Below, piece after piece: positions 36,855 to 51,100 of a DNA stretch of 64,000 nucleotides. The first letter of the stretch is position 1, and every line of letters begins with the position of its first letter. Source of the stretch: Paraspadella gotoi (lineage: Eukaryota > Animalia > Chaetognatha); assembly GCA_051294375.1 (NCBI GenBank), contig CM119268.1, positions 8,799,008 through 8,863,007 of the forward strand, read 5' to 3'. Under the pieces are notes generated by a model that did no database searches, was not told where the DNA came from, and saw only the letters and a program-made list of their open reading frames with translations. The position numbers and the translations under genes were made by a program.

Positions 36855-38256
36855 GAGATTTTGGCATGAAATCCGAGTTTATTCCGGGCCAGAGTCAGAG
36901 ATGATTCAGCCCGAAATTTAGTCGCATCCGAATTCTCGAGTTTTTCTCGCTTCACAATTCCAGGTTGTTTTTTTTGTTCCGTTAAGATTACAAAAAAAGT
37001 AGAAGGATCATCCATTCTTGATTTGAAGAGAAACCGAGAATGAGAAACTCGAAAACGTTGTGGGCTTTTTGAAGTTGTGTAACAAATATGAAAATTGTCC
37101 ATTAATTCAATAAACTAAGGTATCTGCACCCGATTTTTAAACCGCTAAGTTCTCCATCCCTCCTACTGTAGGAGTGGGATGTAGGTTATCTATGAATCAA
37201 TTTTAACTAACTAAAACAATATAGAAAAGTAATATAAAATTCAAAAATATGCCTAGAAATATTACAGTACTTAAATCAATTGGACCTAACATGATTTACT
37301 ACTATATGCAAATGAGATTGATGAATCTCAATCTCATCTAGTTTTATTCTATGAAATCTATCTCTTACACTACAAGATAATGACATAAAAAGACCCTGCA
37401 AGTATAATGTTTTCCTCAACTGTTTTCATTTTTCGTATTTGCGACGGTGCACCGTGAATTTGGTTTTGAAGAGGGCCACGGAAATAGTTATGTTGAAAAA
37501 AGTTTTGTACCCAGCTTTCTCATTTTAATACTTTAAAAGGGCCTCACCTCAACCAATGATGCTGTGACGGAAAGAAACTAAGTCCGAATGGCCGCGCAGA
37601 AATATCGAGGCAGCGACGAAGACCGAAATCAACGAAGGCGAAGGCGCCCATTCTGACATCGGCTCATCTGGGAACTTTATATTTAAAAAGAGAAGAATAT
37701 AAGAGAATAGATTCTAAATGAGAGGAGCTTAAAAATTGGGATTATGTTAAAAAGAAAGATGATATTTTTTATTCTTTTTTTTTTTTTGGAGTCTTCTTCG
37801 GTTAAAACTTCTTCTGCCAAAAAGACTGGCGACACTAAAGAAGATAAAAAAATAATTAAAAAAAACGTTGGATACAAAAAGTTTTGATGCTTCGCCAAAA
37901 AACTGACCAGATGAGAGCGAAGAAGACGTTTCTTCTTTTTACTTTAGATAATAGGCGATATATAGATAGTATAATTTATTTCAAGAATTAGTTAGCTCGG
38001 AAAATATCAAAAACGAATTACACTGGGATACGAAAAACTTTTTGACGTTGTATTAATACCCTAAAAAAATATCATTGTCCGATATGAAATAGCTCTTTTA
38101 AATAAAGCTCATAATCATTGGCACGTATTTTTTTTTACCGATGTGATACTGGGAATATTACCGAGCCAGGGTTAAATAGATAAGAGAGAATATACACTTT
38201 TAAGTGAACGAACTAACCTTTTAAAATAATCTTTTCTAAAGAACGTAACATATTAT

Positions 38257-38329
38257 CGCCCATTGTAGGCTCGAACCGACGACCGCAGGATTAAAATTCC
38301 CGTGTTCAAGCGGACTGAGCTACGTCTAT
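38257..38329 (-). pseudogene. tRNA-Lys(TTT)-derived pseudogene or SINE head
   Basis: The minus strand reads tagctcagtc.gcttgaacacgggaattttaatcctgcggtcgtcggttcgagcc.acaatgggcg, matching the eukaryotic tRNA-Lys layout (A box, TTT anticodon, GGTTCGAG B box, TGGGCG end). The 5' acceptor strand and stems are degraded. Confidence 0.7.
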
Positions 38330-38725
38330 AACGCGGTACTCTCTTTCTAGGTGCTGTTGAATAAATGTATAAATGAGAACGTTTTGTCATTAATTTGATT
38401 ATGATTTGTGTGATGTCATTGAATGGTCATCTTGGTTTTTTTTTAAATCGGAAGGATGACGACGATGACGATGACGACGACGACGACGACACGACGACAA
38501 TTGAAGATCGATCGTGACAAAAATAGGGTGAACAGGATTTCGAAAACCCGGGATGGAGAAACCTCCTGGTTTTTTTTACATTAACTAATAGAAGATTTAA
38601 AAAAAAAGGAGAAAAAGGTAGAAAAAGACTGAAGAAAAAAAAAGGTGGAGACGGAAGGAAAAGGAAGGCCGTCGTCGATCGTCGTCGTCGTCACTCGTGT
38701 TCGTCGTCGTTGGACTGGTCAAAAG

Positions 38726-38732
38726 TATAAAA
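38726..38732 (+). promoter_or_regulatory. TATA box of the His-rich protein gene (putative)
   Basis: gTATAAAAgg is followed by a short exon ending at a GTGAGT donor (~38806), an acceptor at ~39105 and an ATG at 39154. It is re-copied at 53713. Confidence 0.55.
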
Positions 38733-39153
38733 GGAGTCGTGGCCAAAATCCGAGACAAAAAACTTTTTTATCTGGAGAAAGAATAGGAGGCCTTCCGTCG
38801 AGAGTGTGAGTAAAATGTAAAACTTACCTAACTAAATTCGGCAAATTTTTATAAAAAATAAATGAGTTTATTAGATATATTAAGCAAACATTTAAATAAA
38901 AAAAGTTATATATATATAATTAAAATGATATAAGCAAATAGTAAAACATTCATCATATATAAAAATAAGGTAGTGTAACAAGTAATTTTGCCAAATTTTC
39001 ATTATATAATATTAATATATAACATACATAATTTTTATTCTTCGCATCGCGAAATTATAATTGATATTACTTCGTAACTCACTTAAGGTTTCGCCTATAC
39101 GCAAGGAACCAAACTAAAAAAAAAAATCCGAAAAAAAACAAACAAACTGCGAA

Positions 39154-40351
39154 ATGGGTTCGACGCTGAACCGCGACACTGCTGTTGGCGCTGTTGGCGC
39201 ATTGCGTTGTTGCCATGGTGATTCCCGGAGGAGAAAGCAGACGAGACGCGACGTGGACGACGAAGTGGAGATGGTTCGAAGGTGGGCGGGAGGGAAGGTT
39301 GGGGGGGGGGAGATCACGAGGTAGTAGGTAAGGGAAGCGGTGGGAAGGTCTCGTAAAAAATTAGTCTTTTTTTTAACAATTATTTAAATCAAACCGTTGT
39401 TAACCGAGATTTTCTTGTATAAGGAACGAGTTTACATGTTTACATTATTTATTTTCTTTTTTTCTGATGCTTCACTAATTCTTTGAAGCAATTTCTATTT
39501 TTGTTGTTTGTTTGTTTTTGTTTGTTTGTTGTTTGTTCTTTCTTTCTTTCTTTTTCTTTTCTTTTCTTTCTTCTTCATTCTTTCTTTCTTTCTTTTCTTC
39601 TTTTCTTTCTTTTTCTTTTATTCTTCTTTCTTTCTTTCTTTTCTTCTTTTTTTTTCTTTCTTTCTTTTCTTTTTCAATTAATTCATTAATATAACTCATT
39701 CAATCATTAACCAATTTATTTCATTTATTCTTTGTCTCATTCAATATATTTAAACTTTTTTTCCCGCTTCTTTTCCTCAAAATCGAAACACTCTCGTCTC
39801 ATCAAGATCGAGATCTTTTCACCCCCGAAAAAACCGCGCGGGTTTTAAACGTTTCGATTCTCGAAAGACCGAAATTAAATAATTAAACAAAAAGACGCGA
39901 GGGATTTTCCGTTTTTCCAAAAAAAAAAAAAAAAAAAAAACCCGCCTTTCGTTTCCGTCTCCGCCCAACTTCATGCTATCGATTCTCACCTCTCACTCTC
40001 CTTTCCTCTCTCCCTTACGTTTTTCCTCTTTCCCTCTTTACATATCAAATTGTCCTTAGCCCGTTCTCGTCCTCTCGCGATTTAACCCTCGCTTATATTT
40101 CCTTTCTTCCTTCACCTATCTTCTTTACAAGGCCCTCACTTACCTTTTCCTTCCCTTCCGTTTACTTTCCTCTCCTTTATTTTGTCAATTACAAATTTCC
40201 CTTGTCTTCCTCTTCTCCTACCTTCCTTTCCCCCATTCCCTACTTTCTTCCTCCCCTCACCCCCCCCCTTCTTTCATCCTCCGTTGTGTCTCACCCCTCT
40301 CCTCTCCAGTAGCAACTTCCTTGGGAAAGGTCTTCGTCTTGGCAGCCAGGG

Positions 40352-40395
<44 letters not shown>

Positions 40396-42886
40396 TCGTC
40401 CTTGAAAAAAAAAATGTCGCAATCGTCGTCATATGTCGTCATAGTCGTCGTTTCGTTTCGTTGACATTAGAAAAAATTTATATTAGAAAAAAAAAAAGAA
40501 TTTGGCGAGGGAAATCTAAGTGACAGGAAAATTGTGGTCTCCTGCATCGACGAAATTTCGAAAGAGAAAAGAAAAAAGAAAAAAAAAAAAAAGAATTTGC
40601 GATGCGAAAATGAAAAATAGAAAAAAAATAAGTAAAATGTCATCCTGTCAGTCCTTGTCGACAAACCGTCGGTCCCGGGCCGAAAAAATCGAGGGAGAGA
40701 AGGCTTTAAAACAACCGGGTACACAGGGACACATTCCTGGGCAATCACTTTTTTTTTATTAAATTGTAAATAAAGATCATCAATAATGATTTTTTTTGTT
40801 TCAAAAATAAGTTTAACAACTTTATTCATACAAACGATAAATAATCTAACAAAACTGTACAAAAAATAAACCATTTTCCATGTATAAATAATAAATGAAA
40901 AAAAAAATTAAATTGACAGTATAACATGGAATCGCTATCGAACTCTTAGGCGAAAACGTGGCTCCGCCGCTCGGATGACGAAAAGGCGAACTACATGCAC
41001 ACGCGGGTCACCATCACGGACATTATTATGACGATCACTACGATCACGGACATCACGGTGAATTCACGTGAATGAGATGATAGTCACTGCCTACGTGAAT
41101 GAATGAAAGATTGAAAGAAATGACTTTAGAATTACCTAAGAAATGAATAAAAACTGTTCATTTAGAAGAATAAATAAATGAATGATGAATGAATAAATGA
41201 ATGAATGAATGAATAACTAAATGAATAAACAAATAAATAAATGACTTAATTCATGAATAAGTGATTTTAGTTTATATACGTTATGGAATCAATACGAAAA
41301 TGTCCTCCGACATATTAAAGCTTTTTTTTAAATTTGAATATTAATCAGGTCACTACCTACACCACCACGCGACACCATCTTCACCACCGTCAACACCCCT
41401 CCCACCACTACGTCCACCACGAGGGACACCACGATCTTCGCGATACCACAACTTAGGTGAGTAAAGGTCTTTTAACATATTTCATAACTTAATCTTAAGT
41501 AATGTCATGCATTCTTAAGTCTTTATTAATTATCTTATTGAAAATTGTTTACAATAATAATAATAAAACGATTGAGTAACATAATATAAGATATATTTAA
41601 TATTTATTTTTCCACTCCCCACCAGGTCACGCCCACCACTCCGGCTACCACGATTCCTACCACCACGGGGTGGGCCACTCCGCCTCCGACGCCCATTTCA
41701 CCGACCACACCGAGAGCCACGACCACGAGCACAACCCACATCACCCACTCACCGCACATCACCACGACACACAAAGTACTACAACCACCTTCACGGACCA
41801 CCACAAGCACATCCACGACCACCACATCACGTGCACGAAAACCACGAGCACGACGCACGATGTTCACTACGACCATCACAGGTGAGAGTTCTGAGGGTTG
41901 TAGCAATAGTCCTTTCAAAAAATTACTTTATCCTTCATAATACAGTTTAATGAAGTCCATATTTAAGTTATTATTTTATTTTATAAAAATAAGTTTTAAT
42001 AAGGTTATATTTAGAATATAAGATTAGTGACACATTCAAACTTCTTTCCTTTCACTTCTTTACTTTTATCACCGCCCGACAAGGCACCACAAACACCTCC
42101 ACGAGGACCTAATGACCATACGAGACGGCACACAACTTCCACATCACGACGCGTCGCACTCCGAGTTCGCACCGCGCACGTGCACCATCCCATCACCACC
42201 ATCACGGACACCACGGACACTTTGCCAAGATGAGATGTCGCCCGAGGATGCGGAAGTGAGGATTGAAGAGAGATGTGATTGAGCGAAGTGATAGAGATGA
42301 TGGGACGATGATAGAAAAAATGAAGAAAATTCCAAACTCGAGACAAAGCCATAATTAGTTATTTGCTCCTCATTTGTTACGAGAAAAGCCAAGGTTAATT
42401 GTGATCCTTGGGCGTGGGCGCGAAAAAGAAACTCACCGCAAAAGCCTAATTTCGCCAAAACGTATCGCGGTCGGATGACCGAGTTAAAGTGAGTGACGCA
42501 ATACAGGAAAAAAAAAAAAAAGACAAGCAATCCGACTCACCTATAAAAAATATTATATTACTGCGATTTTATAAACTTACCTTTGGGTTAAATCGTATAT
42601 ATTGAAGTAGTATAGCTTAAAAAAACTTAAAATTTAAACAGTATGCAAACAACCGAAGGGTTTCAGACCTTGTCTTTTCTCCCCTTTGTATGCCTTCCCA
42701 CTCGACTCAGGCTCGAAACATCTTCGGAGTCGCGTGTCGTCGTCGTCGCGGCGAACAGCGATCGCCTCCCGCCACACTCATCACCGAGGATCTCCAAAGT
42801 CCTCGTCGAACGCCCGACCTTCGAAAAAGACCAACAAAGAGTTCTTCACCAAATCCGTCTACGAGGAGCACGTCGATCTCTCTCTT
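39154..42886 (+). CDS. His-rich secreted protein, 5' exons (indel-containing copy, truncated by an N gap)
   Basis: Allowing one indel, ATG 39154 gives the signal-like MGSTLTATLLLALLAHCVVAMVIP. Exon 40920-41057 encodes ..RTLRRKR..HAGHHHGHYYDDHYDHGHH. His-rich exons at ~41349-41456, ~41625-41881 and ~42084-42257, and the start of the last exon at ~42711, duplicate 56085-57610. Confidence 0.6.
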
Positions 42887-42911
42887 NNNNNNNNNNNNNN
42901 NNNNNNNNNNN

Positions 42912-43792
42912 ATTAACATTTTAAAGCAATGTGAAATTTTTATTCGCCTGATGGTAATCATTGCCTTCGAACTTGCAACTACAATACGGTACAGTCTATT
43001 CTAGCCTCTTACCATACTGCATTCTATTAGTATTTTATACAAAAGGCATACTGTCGTCATATGTGCGTTTTTTTTTTGGTGATCTGAAAGGACGTTAAGT
43101 TTGCATGACTATCCAAACAATTTTTTACATTTTTCATTCTGATAAATGATAACCACGTCAAAGCTCTTTGATTGTTTCTTTTTCTTCCCCCTTCAATTTG
43201 TGTCCAGCGACAAACTTAGAAAAATCAGCTAATTCGCTAATCTATATCCGGCTAATTATTTTTCTCTTTTTTTTCTCGTAATGGCTATAACCAGTAGTCA
43301 AAAATTTAGATATTGGATGTTTTTTTTGTATTATAGGTTTCACTAATTTACAGCGCGTTTTGCATTTTACAAGTTAATTTATTCTTTGGTCTTCTTTTGC
43401 ATTTAAATTAGTTCTAAAAAAAATTAATTCGTTGTATTTCCTCTGAAAAGGTAATCCTAAACTGGAAGTAAAGTCACGAGAATGCAGGAAAATAATATAT
43501 TGACGGCAGGAAAATCTATACTATACGGCGACAAAATCATGAGGGTAAAAAAATGGGAGAAACTAGCAGGAGAAGAGAGAGAGAAGGTGAAGTGAATCTC
43601 GTGAACGCGGCCCCGAATCCCTGGGAGGAGGATGAAGAGGAGGTGAATGAGAAGGAAAGGGTAATAGACCCGCGTCGGTCTATCTCCTTTTACACTGATT
43701 TCAGCCAAAGCAGACTCGAGCAGTCAGTTTCGATTAGATCTTTGATTATAAGTCCAAGGGTAAGTTGTCAGATGAGCGGGTAAGTTCAATTT
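42912..43792 (+). other. Direct re-copy of ~35812-36680 between N gaps (probable assembly artefact)
   Basis: Same sequence with scattered 1-nt indels. Confidence 0.85.
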
Positions 43793-43817
43793 NNNNNNNN
43801 NNNNNNNNNNNNNNNNN

Positions 43818-46800
43818 TCTCTTTCGACTTTATCTGACTTTTTAATTTTTTTTTCTCCATTTCGCTCAAGAAAGCGTGAAATGAACAGCGAAGAACTTAC
43901 CTCCCGGAAATCGCAAAATTGAACTTACCCGCTCATCTGACGCAACTTACCTTGACTTAACTATCTAAATGTCTAATCGAAACTGACTGGCTCGAAGTCT
44001 GGCTTTGGGTGAAATCAGTGTAAAAGGAGATGACCGACGCGGGGTCTATTACCCCTTTCGCTTCTCATCACCTCCTCTTCATCGCTCCTCCCAGGGATTT
44101 CGGGGCCGCGTTCACAGAGATTCACTTCGACTTCTCCTCTCTTACTCCTGCTAGTTCTCCATTTTTTTATACCCTCATGATTTTGTCGCCGTAATAGTAT
44201 AGATTTCCTTGCCGTCAATATAATTTATTTCCTGGCATTCCTCGTGAACTTTACTTCCGGTTAGGATACCTTTTCAGAGGAAATACAACGAAATTAATTT
44301 TTTTTAGAACTAACTTTAATGCAAAAGAAGACCAAAGAATAAATTAACGTGTAAAACGAAAACGCGACTGTAAATTAGTGAAATATAATACAAAAAAAAC
44401 ATCAATATCTAATTTTGACTCTGTTAATAGCCATCAACGAGAAAAAAAAAAAAGAAACAATAATTAGCCGATATAGATTAGCGAATTAGCTGATTTTTCT
44501 AGTTTTTGTCGCTGGACACAAATTGAGGGGAGAAAAAGAAAACAATGCAAGAGCTTTGACGTTGGTTCTCATTTATGCAGAATGAAAAATGTAAAAATCT
44601 TTTTGATAGTCATGCAAACTTAACGTCTTCAGATCCAACGCAAAAAAAAAAACCAACATATGACGACAGTATGCCTTTTTGTAATAAATACTAATAGAAT
44701 GAGTATGGTAAGAGGCTAGAATAGACTTACCGTTATTGTAGTTGCAAGTTCGAAGGCAATGATTACCATCAGGCGATAAAAATTTCACATTGCTTAAAAT
44801 GTTTAATGAGAATGAAGAACTATAAACTGTTAAATCAAAACTAAAAGCACCGTAGGACTGAAAAATTCATTTTTATCCTTTTTTTTCATAATATAAATTA
44901 AACAATCATTGAAAACTCCTTAACTATTGCTCAGCAACAAATCTTTGAGTAGCATTATATAATACCCATGACTAAAATTAAGTTAATCCTATAATGCCTA
45001 AATATACTTGTAAAAGCGCGTACGAAAAAAAAAAAATAATGAATGAGTGAAGCTTGATAATAAACAGCAGCCGCTCAAAAGAAGCCGGGAAACAAAAGAG
45101 GCTTCTTTTATTGGCAGCGCAACAGGATGTAAGCTGCCACAGATGTAGGCGCTACAGAGGGGCCACCGGAAGGAATCTTATGCTCCTAGCGGATGTAGGA
45201 GGAAAAAACTTTGACGGCGGGTTGAGTCATTCGTCGACGCCGTTGCCATAGAGACGATGAAGACAACAACGACGCCGCCAAGTTAGAATAAAGGGTGGTT
45301 TGGATGAAATCGTCCACTCGTAAAACCCCGGCAGCACCAACCCGCGACTGATGGGCTCCGGAAGTTCTCTGGGAAGTAATCGGCAGTAAGTTAAGACACA
45401 CTCAATCTAGAACGAGACCTCGCTAAGGTAATTCTACGAATATGCTCTCTCACTTATTCCATTTATAATAACTATTTTATTTTTAATTTATTGGAACGAT
45501 CGCATCGACACTTACTTCCACACGTATTCGCATTTTTAACTCACCCATCATGCTCTTCAACTTGACCGACACTGGATGAATTGTCGACGGACGATTTTTC
45601 CCCTCAGACGGTCTCCGTACTGCGGAAAACCATGCGCTTGGCAGAGAATAAAATAAATAAATACAATATAATATAATTAAAATAAATAAAACCAATTTTA
45701 AAAATCCTATCAATCAATCAATCAAAATCAATCAATCAATTCAAATCAAACCAAACTCGTTTCATTTCACCTTTGAAACGTCGGACTGAGTCTGTACCAC
45801 TCGACCTCAGCGCCCGTCGGAGGGTTCGAAAAGATCAAAGGTTCCGCTTTTGGTCAACGTCGTAACGCTGCTTGAAGATCGTCTGAGTTTGCGAAGAGGT
45901 GGGCAGAGAGCCAAATAATTAATTTGACATTCGCAACAGAATTTCTCAATATTTGGAACTAGAATCTATGTAAGATATTTTAAAACGTAAACTTGGATGA
46001 CTTTCCAGTTTTGACCAGCGAGCCGCCCCACAACCTTCCAGAGTCGGGGAGAATCGTTCCAAAGGAGACTGAATTCCGTCGGAAGCCGAGTTCCCCAGAG
46101 ATCGATGTCCATCATAGGCCACCAATAGACTTGGCCCCGTCTCCATGCTGAACCCTCGAAATTTGACACTCTAAAAACGAGAAGGGGGGAAGATGGGTTT
46201 TGGCTGATGAATCGTTGCTCTTATTTTTTTGAATCTCATTTAAACAAGTAAAGCAACTATGGCGACCTCTATAAAAGGTATTCGTGTTTGAAAAAAAAAA
46301 AGAACACACATATATGAGCCGGGTGCGAAAAATAAAATATCCCGTTGATATGTTCTGACGTGATACATTGAAATAAACATTAAATAAGTGAAAAAAAGAT
46401 GAACAAGGAGATGGATGAACCAAAGAAAACCATGGCGCTCGTCCCTTCATTTCTGATTTTTACATACATATTATTTTTTTTAAAATAAAAAGAAAACGCG
46501 AAACCAAAGCAGGTTTTTTTCCTGTGTCTACAATAAATTAAATCGCCATGCGAGAAAAAAAAAGATTCCAGCGAGCTTACCAAGCTCCTCCCGCCTAGAA
46601 CATTAAGGCAGAATTAACAGAAATTTAAGAAGAATTTTCAAGTTTATTTTTCTTATTAATGAAAATTCTCATAAATATATGAAAGACCAAAATTTCATAT
46701 TCTCAAAGCGGGATTTGGAATCTCTTGCAATTTTGAAAAGGTCGCTTGGCATTATATCTAAAAAACTAATTAATGTCAAACCTTTTCGTTATTGGTTAGT

Positions 46801-47652
46801 GGTAAAAAAAATTGTCTATACTCAAATATTTCAAATATTTGTCTTTACAGAAGAAAAAAAAATCATACGGCAAATTGGCTAACAAAATACCCAGCACATG
46901 GCTACCAAGATCGGATCGGTCCTTAAGTTGTAACTTGAATAGAAAACGCGTTTTATAATCTTAATGCGTGACTGACGATCACGTCTGATCCTAGGATCAA
47001 ACATTTTTGATCTTATACTCTACGAACGCTTTATAACCGGAAAATGAATTAATATTCGATCCCTAACCCGCCTTTCAATAATAGTTATATCCTCCCGATG
47101 AATGTTGTCCAAAGCGTGTGCATTTCCAACCGCTCATCACCTTTTTTGAGGATGTAGGCTGAGAAACCTCCTGCAGCTCGAAGGCGTCCACCTCCCATAT
47201 CCTCCGCAGAAATCTTCTTGAAAACTGATAGAAGAATTTCCTTTTGCCGGTCCTCTTCCTCCGAGATTTCGGCGTTGGCTGGAATTAGTAAAAGGAGGAG
47301 AAGACGAGAGAGAAAGAGAGAGAGAAGAAAAGGCGAGAGAGAGAGGGAGGGGAAGGAGAGAGAGGGAGGGAGGAGAGAAGAGAGAGAGGAGAGAGAGAGA
47401 GAGGAAAAAAAAGAAAGAGGAAGAGAGAGGAAGGGAGGAGAATAAGATAAGGGAAGTTCGGAAAGTTACGTAATGACCCTTTTTCGGGAAAGGGCACAAC
47501 GTTGATAACGAGTCAATTATCAAAAAAATTCATGATGACAACGATTAAATTTGAATCCGAAAAAACAATTAATCAATTAAAAAAAACTGACGACGTAAGC
47601 CGCGCGGAATAATTGCCTTGCCCTGCTGGCCTCTGTTGTTGGTCCGAGAAAC

Positions 47653-47658
<6 letters not shown>
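43818..47658 (-). other. Inverted, indel-rich re-copy of ~33035-36790, including the calpain 3' exons
   Basis: Reverse complement of the calpain PEF exons and 3' flank with dense indels. It begins at an N gap. Confidence 0.85.
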
Positions 47659-47694
<36 letters not shown>

Positions 47695-47890
47695 GGCATG
47701 AAATCCGAGTTTATTCCGGGCCAGAGTCAGAGATGATTCAGCCCGAAATTTAGTCGCATCCGAATTCTCGAGTTTTTCTCGCTTCACAATTCCAGGTTGT
47801 TTTTTTTTGTTCCGTTAAGATTACAAAAAAAGTAGAAGGATCATCCATTCTTGATTTGAAGAGAANNNNNNNNNNNNNNNNNNNNNNNNN

Positions 47891-48136
47891 TCGAGTTTCC
47901 TCATTCATCGGTTTTCTCTTCAAATGCAAGAAATGGATGATCCTTCACTACTTTTTTGTCAAATCTTAAGACGAACAAAAAAAACAACACCTGGAATTGT
48001 GAAGCGCGAGAAAACGAGAATTCGGATGCGACTAAATTTCGGGCTGAAATCATCTCTGACTCTGGCCCGAATAGAAAACTCGGATGTTTTTTCGATGGCC
48101 AAAAATCTCTCTCTCTCTCGTCTCATGTCTGTCTCT

Positions 48137-48179
<43 letters not shown>

Positions 48180-51100
48180 CTCTCTTACTTTATCTGACTT
48201 TTTAATTTTTTTTTCTCCATTTCGCTCAAAGAAAGCGTGAAATGAACAGCGAAGAACTTATCCTGCCGCGGAAATCGCCAAAATTGAACTTACCCGCTCA
48301 CTCTGACAACTTACCCTTGGACTTAATAATCTATAATAGTCTAAATCGAAACTGAACAGCTCGAAGTCTGCTTTGGGGTCGAAATCAGTGTAAAAGGAGA
48401 TAGACCGACGCGGGTCTATTACCCCTCTTCCTTCTCATCACATCCTGCTTCATCCTCCTCCCAGGGATTCGGGGCCGCGTTCACGAGATTCACTTCCACT
48501 TCTCGTCTCTCTTACTCCTGCTAGTTCTCCCATTTTTTTAATACCGCTCATGGATTTTGTCGCCGTATAGTATAGATTTTTGCCGTCAATATAATTTATT
48601 TTCCTGCATTCCTCGTGATACTTTACCTGTCCGGTTAGGATACCTTTCAGAGGAAATAACAACGAAATTAATTTTTTTAGAACTAACTTTAATGCAAAAG
48701 AAGACGCAAAGAATAAATTAACTGTAAAATCAGAAAACGCGCTGTAAATTAGTGAAATACTAATACAAAAAAAACATCAATATCTAATTTTTGACTCTGG
48801 TTAATAGCCATCACGAGAAAAAAAAAAGAAACAAATAATTAGCCGATATAGATTAGCGAATTTAGCTGATTTTTCTAAAGTTTTGTCGCTGGACACAAAT
48901 TGAGGCGGAGAAAAAGAAACAATACAAGGCTTTGACGTTGGTCTACATTTATCAGAATGAAAATGTAAAAATCTTTTTGATAGTCATGCAGAACTTAACG
49001 GTCTTCAGATCCACCAAAAAAAAAAAACGCAACATATGACGACAGTATGCCTTTTTGTAATAAATACTAATAGAATGCAGTATGGTAAGAGGCTAGAAAA
49101 GACTGTAGCCGGTTATTGTAGTTGCAAGTTCGAAGGCAATGATTACGCATCAGGCGAATAAAAATTTCACATTGCTTTTAAAATGTTTAATGACGAAGTG
49201 AAGAAACTATAAACTGTTAATCAAAACTAAAGCACCGTAGGACTGAAAAATTCAATTTTTATCCTTTTTTTTCATAATATAAATTAAAAATCATTGAAAA
49301 CTCCTAACTATTGCTCAGCAACAAATCTTTGAGTAGCATTATATAATACCCATGACTAAAATTAAGTTAATCCTATAATGCCTAAATATACTTGTAAAAG
49401 CGCGTACGAAAAAAAAAAAATAATGAATGAGTGAAGCTTGATAATAAACAGCAGCCGCTCAAAAGAAGCCGGGAAACAAAAGAGGCTTCTTTTATTGGCA
49501 GCGCAACAGGATGTAAGCTGCCACAGATGTAGGCGCTACAGAGGGGCCACCGGAAGGAATCTTATGCTCCTAGCGGATGTAGGAGGAAAAAACTTTGACG
49601 GCGGGTTGAGTCATTCGTCGACGCCGTTGCCATAGAGACGATGAAGACAACAACGACGCCGCCAAGTTAGAATAAAGGGTGGTTTGGATGAAATCGTCCA
49701 CTCGTAAAACCCCGGCAGCACCAACCCGCGACTGATGGGCTCCGGAAGTTCTCTGGGAAGTAATCGGCAGTAAGTTAAGACACACTCAATCTAGAACGAG
49801 ACCTCGCTAAGGTAATTCTACGAATATGCTCTCTCACTTATTCCATTTATAATAACTATTTTATTTTTAATTTATTGGAACGATCGCATCGACACTTACT
49901 TCCACACGTATTCGCATTTTTAACTCACCCATCATGCTCTTCAACTTGACCGACACTGGATGAATTGTCGACGGACGATTTTTCCCCTCAGACGGTCTCC
50001 GTACTGCGGAAAACCATGCGCTTGGCAGAGAATAAAATAAATAAATACAATATAATATAATTAAAATAAATAAAACCAATTTTAAAAATCCTATCAATCA
50101 ATCAATCAAAATCAATCAATCAATTCAAATCAAACCAAACTCGTTTCATTTCACCTTTGAAACGTCGGACTGAGTCTGTACCACTCGACCTCAGCGCCCG
50201 TCGGAGGGTTCGAAAAGATCAAAGGTTCCGCTTTTGGTCAACGTCGTAACGCTGCTTGAAGATCGTCTGAGTTTGCGAAGAGGTGGGCAGAGAGCCAAAT
50301 AATTAATTTGACATTCGCAACAGAATTTCTCAATATTTGGAACTAGAATCTATGTAAGATATTTTAAAACGTAAACTTGGATGACTTTCCAGTTTTGACC
50401 AGCGAGCCGCCCCACAACCTTCCAGAGTCGGGGAGAATCGTTCCAAAGGAGACTGAATTCCGTCGGAAGCCGAGTTCCCCAGAGATCGATGTCCATCATA
50501 GGCCACCAATAGACTTGGCCCCGTCTCCATGCTGAACCCTCGAAATTTGACACTCTAAAAACGAGAAGGGGGGAAGATGGGTTTTGGCTGATGAATCGTT
50601 GCTCTTATTTTTTTGAATCTCATTTAAACAAGTAAAGCAACTATGGCGACCTCTATAAAAGGTATTCGTGTTTGAAAAAAAAAAAGAACACACATATATG
50701 AGCCGGGTGCGAAAAATAAAATATCCCGTTGATATGTTCTGACGTGATACATTGAAATAAACATTAAATAAGTGAAAAAAAGATGAACAAGGAGATGGAT
50801 GAACCAAAGAAAACCATGGCGCTCGTCCCTTCATTTCTGATTTTTACATACATATTATTTTTTTTAAAATAAAAAGAAAACGCGAAACCAAAGCAGGTTT
50901 TTTTCCTGTGTCTACAATAAATTAAATCGCCATGCGAGAAAAAAAAAGATTCCAGCGAGCTTACCAAGCTCCTCCCGCCTAGAACATTAAGGCAGAATTA
51001 ACAGAAATTTAAGAAGAATTTTCAAGTTTATTTTTCTTATTAATGAAAATTCTCATAAATATATGAAAGACCAAAATTTCATATTCTCAAAGCGGGATTT

